From Vicinamibacterales bacterium (GTDB taxonomy: Bacteria; Acidobacteriota; Vicinamibacteria; Vicinamibacterales; UBA8438), in contig OZ252008.1 in assembly GCA_965246995.1 (NCBI GenBank), forward strand, positions 3,522,925-3,586,924: a DNA stretch of 64,000 bases, written 5' to 3'. The notes beneath the pieces were generated by a model. That model had not been told where the DNA came from. It did no database searches and saw only the letters and a program-made list of their open reading frames with translations. Position numbers and translations under genes: made by a program. Each line of letters opens with the position of its first letter. Within the stretch, counting starts at the first letter, position 1. Of the stretch, positions 37,863 to 45,894 are shown piece by piece.

Positions 37863-37967
37863 AGTGCTCCGGCGGGTGATATCGTGGACCGGCTGCGTTG
37901 GCGGTGATAGGCGGCCCCGAAGTTGCCCCAGGGGCCGACGTCGAGGGCGGGCCAGGGGAGACAAGCA

Positions 37968-40052
37968 ATGGCGAAGAAGCGCAACAGCGACCGCGACGAT
38001 CCACGGATCGAGGACGAGCACGGTGTCAGCAGGCGAGATTTCGTCAGGACGGGGGCCGCGGCCGGGCTGGGCGCCGGCGCGCTGCTGACGCCGGACCCGG
38101 TGGACGCGCAAGCCTCGGCCTCCGGCGGCGAGGACATCTCCTGGGACTACGAGGTGGATGTCGTCATCGCGGGGGGCGGGTGCGCAGGTCTGACCGCGGC
38201 CATTCGCGCGCGGGATCTCGGGGCCAGCGTGCTGGTGGTCGATCAGAACTTCGACCTCGGCGGCAGGATGCTGCACAGTGGGGCCTTCGTGTCCCTCGGC
38301 GGCGGCGACCCGGTTCAGCGCCGGGACATGAAGGGCGAGCGCGACAAGGAGGGATTGATCACGGTCGATCCCGCCGAGGGGGCGGACGAGCTCGACGACA
38401 GCGTCGATCTCCTGTTCACGGACATCACCGACTGGTCGGTCGTCGACCCCAAGGCCCAGAGCCCGTACCGCTACAACGAGCGGGAGCTCGCCCGCGCGTG
38501 GGCCGAGAACTGCCCGGCCACGCGGCAGTTCCTCATCGACAACTACGTCCGGTTCACGCGCGTCAGCGGCACGCACGGCGGCGGCGGCCTGTCGCGCGCG
38601 CGTGGGGCGCGCTGCTTCCTCATCCTGGGCGACAAGACGGACATCAAGGCGGGCACGATCACGCCGGAGGATGCCGGCGTCGCGGACCCCGAGCGCACGA
38701 GTGCGTTCGCGCCGGTGCAGATGAACAACGCGACCCGCTCCGTCGGACCCAACGCCGTGAGCAACGGCGTGGCCCTCTCCCGGCCGCTGGAGTACTCGGC
38801 GCGCGAGAAGGGCGTCGAGTTCATGCTGCATCGCCGCTTCGCCGACCTCGTTCGCGAGCAGCCGTTCTCGGGCCGAGTGATAGGGATCAGGGCCCACTAC
38901 TCGCCGCGGCATCACCCCGAGACCGGCGAGCTCATGCAGAGCTACTGGCAGAACGGCAACGTCGACGAGCGGCAGGAGACGGTGACCATCCGCGCCCGTC
39001 GGGGCGTCATCCTGGCCAGCGGCGGCCACGCCGGCAATCCCCAGGTCCGCAGCATGTTCTACCCCGCCATGCGCGAGCCCGCCTTCCCGACGAGCGGCGT
39101 CGCCCTGCAGGGCCCGCACGGTCAGGACGCCAGCGCGCTCGTCGCCGGCCTCAAGGTGGGCGCCAACCTGGCCGGGATGCAGCAGAACCTGTCGTATCCC
39201 ACGACGTTTCACATCTCGACCCGCCTCGGCACCCGGGACGCGTATACGACCATGATGCCCGGGCACCCGACGTTCGGTTTCCGCGGCTCCGCGGGGGTCA
39301 ACGTCGGCAACGCCGGCTTCGAGGAGTTCATCGCGGTGAACCAGGTCGGGAAGCGCTTCTTCAACGAGGTCCGCCTGCCCGCCAGACCCGGCGGAAGCCG
39401 CTACCCGGGCGACGGGGGCGCCCCGGGCCAGGGGCTCGATCACAAGCCGCTCGACTGGCGCAACTGCCAGCAGAAGTGGGTCAGGGAGATGTACGGCTAC
39501 GACCACGGCCTCGATGCCGCGTTGGCCATGAACGAGGGATCGAAGCCGCCGGACTACTACTCGGGACCGCTGTGGGCCATCTTCGATCAGGAGGCGGTGG
39601 AGCGCACCGGCTGGGAGCTTCGCTACCCCTACGTGGCGGAGAACGGCTACTTCTTCCAGGCCGACACCATCGAGGAGCTGGCCGAGAAGATTGCCGCCGG
39701 CCACGAGTTCCAGCGGGTGCCGCTGCGTCACCTGGCCGAGACGGTCGCCAAATGGAACGGCTACGTGGACGCCGGCGCCGATCCCGAGTTCGAGCGCGAG
39801 GCGGATGCACCGCTGAACCGCATCGAGACGCCGCCGTTCTATGCCCTGTCGATCATGGTGATCTGGCACGACTCCTACGGCGGCCTGCGGGTCAACGGCC
39901 GGCAGCAGGTCGTGGACATGCAGGGGCAGATCATTTCGGGTCTCTACGCCGGAGGCGAGGCGGTGGGAGGGTTCAACAAGCATGGCCTCGGCAAGGGCCA
40001 CGTCCATGGCTACATCGCCGGCACGCATGCCGCCGAGGAACCGCGCGCCTAG
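37968..40052 (+). CDS. Tat-exported FAD-dependent oxidoreductase (fumarate reductase/3-ketosteroid dehydrogenase-like)
   Basis: SRRDFVR; DVVIAGGGCAG, VILASGG, VNQVGKRFFNE, ADTIEELA, GGLRVN, GLYAGGE. Confidence 0.85.
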   Translation: MAKKRNSDRDDPRIEDEHGVSRRDFVRTGAAAGLGAGALLTPDPVDAQASASGGEDISWDYEVDVVIAGGGCAGLTAAIRARDLGASVLVVDQNFDLGGRMLHSGAFVSLGGGDPVQRRDMKGERDKEGLITVDPAEGADELDDSVDLLFTDITDWSVVDPKAQSPYRYNERELARAWAENCPATRQFLIDNYVRFTRVSGTHGGGGLSRARGARCFLILGDKTDIKAGTITPEDAGVADPERTSAFAPVQMNNATRSVGPNAVSNGVALSRPLEYSAREKGVEFMLHRRFADLVREQPFSGRVIGIRAHYSPRHHPETGELMQSYWQNGNVDERQETVTIRARRGVILASGGHAGNPQVRSMFYPAMREPAFPTSGVALQGPHGQDASALVAGLKVGANLAGMQQNLSYPTTFHISTRLGTRDAYTTMMPGHPTFGFRGSAGVNVGNAGFEEFIAVNQVGKRFFNEVRLPARPGGSRYPGDGGAPGQGLDHKPLDWRNCQQKWVREMYGYDHGLDAALAMNEGSKPPDYYSGPLWAIFDQEAVERTGWELRYPYVAENGYFFQADTIEELAEKIAAGHEFQRVPLRHLAETVAKWNGYVDAGADPEFEREADAPLNRIETPPFYALSIMVIWHDSYGGLRVNGRQQVVDMQGQIISGLYAGGEAVGGFNKHGLGKGHVHGYIAGTHAAEEPRA

Positions 40053-40087
40053 AGATAATCGCGCCTGGAGATGGTCGGTAACCGGCC

Positions 40088-40714
40088 ATGGCTCATGTGG
40101 AAGACATCGTCGAGTCGCACGACACTCGTGTGGTCGTCTGGGATGTCCCGCCGACCATCGAGTGCGGGAAGCGCTTCGCCATCAGGCTCGGTGTCACCTG
40201 CTCCGCCAAGTGCAGGCTTACGGGCCTGACGGTGGAGGTGCGCGACCACGATGGCGAAAGGCGGACGACGGCTACCCTCGGGGACGCCCCGTGGTCCGGC
40301 ACCGACATGCTCCATCACGCGGAGGTCGTCCTAGCCGCCCCGGACGCCGAGGGTCTCTATTACTGGGAGGCGTCGGCGTTGACGGGCGGTCTGGCTGTCG
40401 CACACACCGACAGTAGTGCCCGTTTCGGCGTGCGTGTCGTATCCGCGCCAGCTTGTCTGTTGACCGTCGTCGTCGTGGACGCGCAGAACCGGACGCCGGT
40501 AGAAGGTGCGAGGGTGGTTGCGCACCCTTATCGGGCGGTCACAAACGAGCGCGGCATAGCGGAAATGCGGGTTCCGGCCGGCGAATACAGACTCTTCGTG
40601 TCAGGAAAGAGCTACATTCCTTTCCGCTTCGACGGAGAAGTGAAGACCGACACGACTATGCGGGCTGAGCTTACGCAAGATGTGGAGCTTTCGGATGCCG
40701 ATATCTGGTCCTGA
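40088..40714 (+). CDS. Hypothetical protein with a carboxypeptidase-regulatory-like beta-sandwich domain
   Basis: PVEGARV...TNERGIA...PAGEYRL pattern. Confidence 0.6.
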   Translation: MAHVEDIVESHDTRVVVWDVPPTIECGKRFAIRLGVTCSAKCRLTGLTVEVRDHDGERRTTATLGDAPWSGTDMLHHAEVVLAAPDAEGLYYWEASALTGGLAVAHTDSSARFGVRVVSAPACLLTVVVVDAQNRTPVEGARVVAHPYRAVTNERGIAEMRVPAGEYRLFVSGKSYIPFRFDGEVKTDTTMRAELTQDVELSDADIWS

Positions 40715-40733
40715 TCGCCGTAGCCGATACGGG

Positions 40734-41594
40734 ATGGCAGTTCGTCTAGGAGCCCGTGGTGAAACCCCCGCTACATTCGAGCGGCGATGCATCCCGCCTC
40801 ACCGCTCTCGGTGCTACGCGGGGTTTCACCACGGGCTCCTAGTGGCGAAGGTCGCTGTTGTCAGTCTGAGTCTTGGCTGTCTCGTCTTTCCACGCGCCGT
40901 CTGGGCGCAGGTCGACAACGCCGCGATCTTCGAACAGGGACAGCAGCTCTACGGAGAGCGTTGCCTGCGGTGCCACGGAGCCACGGGCGAAGGGAACCCA
41001 CCAACGTTTCCGGCCCTGAGCGGCAACGACCGGCTCGGAGACGTAGCCCGGATTGTCCAGGTCATCCGCCAGGGTTCGGGAAACATGCCGCCGTTCCCAG
41101 CCCTGACCGCGGCCGACATCTCGACTCTGGCGAGTTACGTCCGCAACGCGTGGACCAACGACTTCGGCAGCGTAACGACCGACGCGGTGGGCGCAGAGGC
41201 GAACACGTCCCCGGATCCGGGCCAGACGGCGTCGGTCTGGGACGGCGTCTTCACCGACGCCCAGGCGACGCGGGGCCGGACCGCGTACTCCGGTGCTTGT
41301 GGCTTCTGTCACGGCCGGCGATTGGACGGGGCGCCGGACGATCCCGATATGCGGTCCACGCCCCCTCTGGCACGGGCGAGGTTCGTTCGCGAGTGGGAGG
41401 GGCGATCGCTGGCCACCCTGTACGAGTACACGCGCCTGACGATGCCCGAGGACAATCCGAACTCTCTTACCGACGAGGAGTACGTCGACATCATCGCCTA
41501 TATGCTCTCGGTCAACGGAATGCCGGCCGGGAATGACGAGCTCGCGCCCGATTCACGAAATCTGGCGCATGTCGTCATCCGGCAACGGCAATAG
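40734..41594 (+). CDS. Di-heme cytochrome c (N-terminus carries an in-frame MITE; alternative start GTG 40842)
   Basis: CLRCH..MPPF and CGFCH..MPED; signal-like VAVVSLSLGCLVFPRAVWAQ. Confidence 0.85.
   Translation: MAVRLGARGETPATFERRCIPPHRSRCYAGFHHGLLVAKVAVVSLSLGCLVFPRAVWAQVDNAAIFEQGQQLYGERCLRCHGATGEGNPPTFPALSGNDRLGDVARIVQVIRQGSGNMPPFPALTAADISTLASYVRNAWTNDFGSVTTDAVGAEANTSPDPGQTASVWDGVFTDAQATRGRTAYSGACGFCHGRRLDGAPDDPDMRSTPPLARARFVREWEGRSLATLYEYTRLTMPEDNPNSLTDEEYVDIIAYMLSVNGMPAGNDELAPDSRNLAHVVIRQRQ
40747..40841. mobile_element. MITE copy 2 (95 bp, inverted, internally deleted)
   Basis: Same 22-bp TIRs, CTAG at both ends; equals the reverse complement of copy 1 minus 87 bp between CGCCT repeats. 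Confidence 0.88.
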
Positions 41595-41634
41595 GGCGAT
41601 CGATCTTCCGCAGTACCGGACGCGGCGGCGCGCC

Positions 41635-43134
41635 TCAGTTCTCCGGGACCGCTTCCATCAACAACGCAAGTCCGCGGCGTAGGGCACGCCCCCCGTCAAC
41701 CGAGCCGCTGTAGTGGCCCTGGCGGACGACGACGAGGTCGTGCGTCGGGATGATCAGCGTGGTCTGTCCGCCGGCGCCCGACATGTAGTAGGCATCCCGC
41801 GGGACCGGGAACGTCCCGAGGGTGTTGAGCCAGAAGAAACCGCCATAGATCGGACGGCCGTCCGCTTCCCAGGCGGGCGCCACAGTGCTCACGAAATCGA
41901 CGAAGCCCTCCGGCAGGATGCGCTCGCTCTCCCAGACGCCGTCCTGCAGGTAGAGGTTGCCGAGCCGGGCCCAGTCCCGCGCCGGAGCCAGCTCGTAGCC
42001 CTGCAGCAGGTAGTTCCCGTACGGGTCGGTCTCCAGGACGAACCCGCGGATGCCCAGTTTGTCGAACAGTTCGCGCTGCGGGAAGGTCAGGTAGTCGTCG
42101 CCGCGCCCCTCGACGCCGAGACGAACCAGGTAGTTGGTGAGCACCGGATCGGAGTTGCGGTAGCGGCCGATGGTGTTGGGCGGCCACTGCTGGGGCCGGG
42201 TCGCCGCCCACTCGAACGAATTGGCGGAGCCGGTATAGACGTAGAGGTGATCCGGATAGCCGAGTAACGGGTCGAGGTCGGGATCGGCGACGCCCCGGAA
42301 GCGCAGCCCGCTCGACATCCGCAGGATGTCGGAGATCCGGATCTCTTGGCGCGGGTCGCCGGGTGTCTGCCACTCCGGTACTGGCGCCGGCTGATGCAGC
42401 TCGTACACGCCCTGCTGGATCAACACACCCATCAGCGTGGCGGTCAGGCTCTTCCCCATCGACCAGCTCTCGAGCGGCGTGTAGGGCGTGATGCCGGGGC
42501 CGTACCGCTCGGCGATCAGCCGGCCACGGTGCGTGACCACGAACGCTCCAGTAAGTGACTCTTCCGGATCGAAGGCGGCGTCGACTGCCTGCTGCAGTTT
42601 CTCGGCGTCGATCTCGGCCGGGAGCGGCTCGTCCGGCATCTGATCGCCCATCGGCCAGGGGACCGTCTCGGCGGGCGGCAGCGTGCTGCGAATGTCGACC
42701 GGGTCGAAGTAGACATCCTCCTCCCCCACCGGGAGGGTGACGCAACCATGATCACCGTTCAGCTTCGCCGTCCGGACCGTGCCGTCGGGCAGCGTCAGGT
42801 GGACGCGCCGGCCGTCGCGATCAATCTCGCGGCGCGTGACGTGGCGCCGGTGCTCGTACGGGCCGCTGAAGAAGCCGACGTTTTCGGCCGCGAAGTCGGG
42901 ATCGAGACCGGTTACGAAGACGGCCGAGCAGAGTGTCTTAGCGAAGCCGGAGATGTGGTGGGAGAGGGGGTCGCCCGGCGGTGCGACGTACTCGGTGTCG
43001 AGTTCCGCTTCGGCCGCGCGCGCCAGCATATCCGCGCGCTGATCGCCCTGCTGGGTGGCGGCGGCTACCGCAACGGCAACGACGGCCACAATGGTGGCGC
43101 CCACCAGCCACGTCCAACGGCTCGGTTTCAACAT
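41635..43134 (-). CDS. Serine hydrolase, beta-lactamase/amide hydrolase family, secreted
   Basis: SWSMGKS (SxxK), LRMSSGL, YRN, ARDWARLG, GAGGQ. Confidence 0.88.
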   Translation of the reverse strand: MLKPSRWTWLVGATIVAVVAVAVAAATQQGDQRADMLARAAEAELDTEYVAPPGDPLSHHISGFAKTLCSAVFVTGLDPDFAAENVGFFSGPYEHRRHVTRREIDRDGRRVHLTLPDGTVRTAKLNGDHGCVTLPVGEEDVYFDPVDIRSTLPPAETVPWPMGDQMPDEPLPAEIDAEKLQQAVDAAFDPEESLTGAFVVTHRGRLIAERYGPGITPYTPLESWSMGKSLTATLMGVLIQQGVYELHQPAPVPEWQTPGDPRQEIRISDILRMSSGLRFRGVADPDLDPLLGYPDHLYVYTGSANSFEWAATRPQQWPPNTIGRYRNSDPVLTNYLVRLGVEGRGDDYLTFPQRELFDKLGIRGFVLETDPYGNYLLQGYELAPARDWARLGNLYLQDGVWESERILPEGFVDFVSTVAPAWEADGRPIYGGFFWLNTLGTFPVPRDAYYMSGAGGQTTLIIPTHDLVVVRQGHYSGSVDGGRALRRGLALLMEAVPEN

Positions 43135-43217
43135 GGGTCCCTCCCGGCTCAGGCTGCCAGCGTAGCACGGTGGCGACGGCAGGCAACCAATGGGAGCGCG
43201 GGCCCTCGCGAGGGCGG

Positions 43218-43226
43218 TGCTACAAT
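43218..43226 (+). promoter_or_regulatory. Extended -10 promoter element
   Basis: TGcTACAAT about 35 nt upstream of ATG 43262. Confidence 0.4.
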
Positions 43227-43261
43227 GCGGCGCATCGACGGAGACATCCCGAGGAGCTGCC

Positions 43262-44209
43262 ATGTTGTCAGACACTCACCCGATCCGGACGTTCGCCGCT
43301 ACCGTCGTCATCCTCTTGAGCGCGGCCGCCTTCGCCAGCGCGCAGATCCTGGACGCGCCCGATCCGGCGCAGATGGAAGATGCGCCCCACCTCGGGTATC
43401 ACCCGGTCGAGACCGGGCTACAGATCCCGGCCAACGTCGAGATGGGCGCCCCCTCCAGCGTCGGCTGGACCTCGACGGGCCGCCTTCTGGTCTTCAACCG
43501 CGGTCCGAACCCGTTGATGGAGTTCCAGCCGGACGGCACCTTCATCCGTTCCTGGGGCCAGGGACAGTACGACCGGCCGCACGGGATGCGGATCGACCGT
43601 GATGGACACATCTGGACCACCGACGTCAACGGCGACATGGTCCGCAAGATGAACCCCGAGGGTGACGTCCTGCTGACGATCGACATGGACGACACGCCGT
43701 TGCTCGAGGAGCCGACCGATCTGGCAATCGGCCTCGAAGGCGAGGTCTACGTCCTCGTCGGACACGGCCGCGGCGTTCCCCGCGTGCTGAAGTTCAACCC
43801 CGAAGGCGAACTGGTCCACAACTGGGGCGGCCCCGGCACCGGCCCGAGCGAGTTCGACACGCCGCACTCGATCGTCGTCGACGACGAAGGGCTGATCTAC
43901 GTCGCCGACCGCCAGAACCGGCGCGTGCAGATCTTCGACAGCGAAGGGACCTACGTCAAAGAGTGGTCCTACAAGGGTCTGCCCTGCGGCCTGTTCATCA
44001 ACAGCGACGGCACGATGTACATGGTGAGCGGCTTCGCTGGCGAGATCCTTGAGCTGGACGAGAACGGGAAGGCGGTCGGCGCGACCGGACAGCCCGGCAA
44101 GGGCCTTGGTGAGTTCGGCGAGGCGCACTACATGACGATTACGCCGTCAGGCGACATCTATGTCGCGGATACGGTGCGGCCGGCGCTGCATAAGTACGCG
44201 AGGGACTAG
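43262..44209 (+). CDS. Secreted NHL-repeat protein, peptidyl-alpha-hydroxyglycine lyase (PAL)-like
   Basis: RPHGMRID, FDTPHSIVVD, YVADRQNRRVQIFD, EAHYMTI. Confidence 0.82.
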   Translation: MLSDTHPIRTFAATVVILLSAAAFASAQILDAPDPAQMEDAPHLGYHPVETGLQIPANVEMGAPSSVGWTSTGRLLVFNRGPNPLMEFQPDGTFIRSWGQGQYDRPHGMRIDRDGHIWTTDVNGDMVRKMNPEGDVLLTIDMDDTPLLEEPTDLAIGLEGEVYVLVGHGRGVPRVLKFNPEGELVHNWGGPGTGPSEFDTPHSIVVDDEGLIYVADRQNRRVQIFDSEGTYVKEWSYKGLPCGLFINSDGTMYMVSGFAGEILELDENGKAVGATGQPGKGLGEFGEAHYMTITPSGDIYVADTVRPALHKYARD

Positions 44210-45756
44210 CGAGCGGCGTCCGCGTCAGCCTCGATGGTTTTCCGCCAGTCCGGACCCAGATCGAAGCCGATGGTCTGGTCGGCGCCCAGTTCGGCGAGCG
44301 CTTCGCCCGTCTCCTCGTGGCGGTAGAACGACCCCGCTCGGTACTCGCCCTCCGCGGCAATCATCCAGGGGGTCTGGCCGCGGCCGTTCATCACGTCCAT
44401 CTCAGCCCCCTGCTCCACCAGGTACGGCGCAATGAGCGTCCCGCCCATGTAGACCGCGCCATGCAGCGGGGTCTGGCCATCGTCGTTCACGGCGTTGACG
44501 TCGAGTCCCAGTTCCAGGCAGTACTGGACCGCTTCGAACGCCCGCTGCTGCAGTGTCTCGTAGTAGGCAGGGTACGAGCGGTAGCCGTACTTGTCCTGGC
44601 CTTCGACATAGTCCGCACCCGCCGCCACCATCAGGGCGGTCGTGTTGTCCTCGGTCGTCAGGAACGGATCGGCGCCCGCCTCTTCCACCAGGATCCGCAT
44701 GATCTCGACGTCGCCGAAACTCGCGGCGAGCAGGAACGGGGTCGAGCCTGCGGTCTTCGGCGTCAAGCCATTCGCCTGCGTGATGCGGCGCGATACGAAC
44801 GGCAGCCGCTTCTCCTGCCGCGCATCCGAATCCGCACCCGCCGCGAGCAGCGCGCGGACCACGGCCGGCATCTGCCGCTGCACGGCGGCGTGGAGCGGGG
44901 CGCGTCCCGCGCCGCTGTGGTTCGGGTCGGCGCCCCGTTCGATCAGGAAGAGCGCCATCTCCGCATGACCGCTGTCGATGGCGACCAGCAGGGCCGACGC
45001 GTCGGTGTCCTCGCGGAACAGCACGCGGGCATTGGTATCGCCGCCGATCCCGTCGGGCGCCGACTCGTGCACGTCGGCGCCGGCCGCGAGCAAGAGACGC
45101 GCTACTTCGACATTCCCCTGCTGCGCGGCAAACAGCAACGGCGTGAACCCGCTGGTCGACCGGTTGGTCGCACCGCCACCGGTCTCGAGCAGCACGCTCG
45201 CCGCCCCCGTGTGGTTCTCGGCGATCGCCCACATCAGCGCGGTCTGGCCACGCAACGATTCCGTGGCGGTCGGGTCGGCGCCGGCCGCGAGCAACCGGCG
45301 CAGCACCTCGAGGTTGCCGACGCGCGCCGCCGTCATCAGCGGCGTGACCCCGGTGACGCGCGCGCGATTCGGGTCGGCGCCGGCATCGAGCAGTAGTTCA
45401 ACCATCGGGAGGCTGGCGTTGAGCGCGGCGAGGCCCAGCGGCGTGACGCCGTGGTCATCCGCAGCATCGACCCGGGCGCCGGCGCCCAGCAGCAGGCGGG
45501 CCGCCGCCAGGTGATCCCGATGCGCCGCCCAATGCAGCGCCGTGGCGCCATCCCCCTGCGGCAGGTTGACGTCCGCCCCCTCCGCGACGAGCCGCTCCGC
45601 GCGGGGCAGATCCTCCGTCTTGATGGCATCGATCAGCGGCAGTTCCACCGCGGCCGCAGCCGCGGCTGCGGCCGGCCCGGCGCCGGGCAGGAGCAGTACC
45701 GCCGCGACAACGAACGCCGGCATGGACAGCAGGGCGCGGGTGCGGCAATCACGCAT
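44206..45756 (-). CDS. Secreted ankyrin repeat protein
   Basis: Signal peptide; GATALHWAA, GVTPLMTAA, GFTPLLFAA repeats; paralog of 31366. Confidence 0.9.
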   Translation of the reverse strand: MRDCRTRALLSMPAFVVAAVLLLPGAGPAAAAAAAAVELPLIDAIKTEDLPRAERLVAEGADVNLPQGDGATALHWAAHRDHLAAARLLLGAGARVDAADDHGVTPLGLAALNASLPMVELLLDAGADPNRARVTGVTPLMTAARVGNLEVLRRLLAAGADPTATESLRGQTALMWAIAENHTGAASVLLETGGGATNRSTSGFTPLLFAAQQGNVEVARLLLAAGADVHESAPDGIGGDTNARVLFREDTDASALLVAIDSGHAEMALFLIERGADPNHSGAGRAPLHAAVQRQMPAVVRALLAAGADSDARQEKRLPFVSRRITQANGLTPKTAGSTPFLLAASFGDVEIMRILVEEAGADPFLTTEDNTTALMVAAGADYVEGQDKYGYRSYPAYYETLQQRAFEAVQYCLELGLDVNAVNDDGQTPLHGAVYMGGTLIAPYLVEQGAEMDVMNGRGQTPWMIAAEGEYRAGSFYRHEETGEALAELGADQTIGFDLGPDWRKTIEADADAAR

Positions 45757-45813
45757 CAGGCATTCCTCTTCAATCCGGGTATCCGAACCGGGTCAAACGG
45801 CCCGCCGGACCGC

Positions 45814-45842
45814 TTGACCTCCCCGAGACACCCCATGATAAT
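45814..45842 (+). promoter_or_regulatory. Sigma70-type promoter
   Basis: TTGACC-N17-GATAAT upstream of the DUF1592 gene. Confidence 0.5.
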
Positions 45843-45894
45843 GCACGGGTACTCGGCCTGTTGCAAGGCATCTCCACGCGCGGCAGGGGTATTC

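Noticed and set aside
36999-40028. 1009-aa minus-strand ORF and the 727-aa ORF at 37898
   Set aside because: Antisense or alternate-frame shadows of motif-bearing genes, expected in high-GC DNA; the same applies to 2809-4551, 14569-16455, 29603-31252 and similar ORFs
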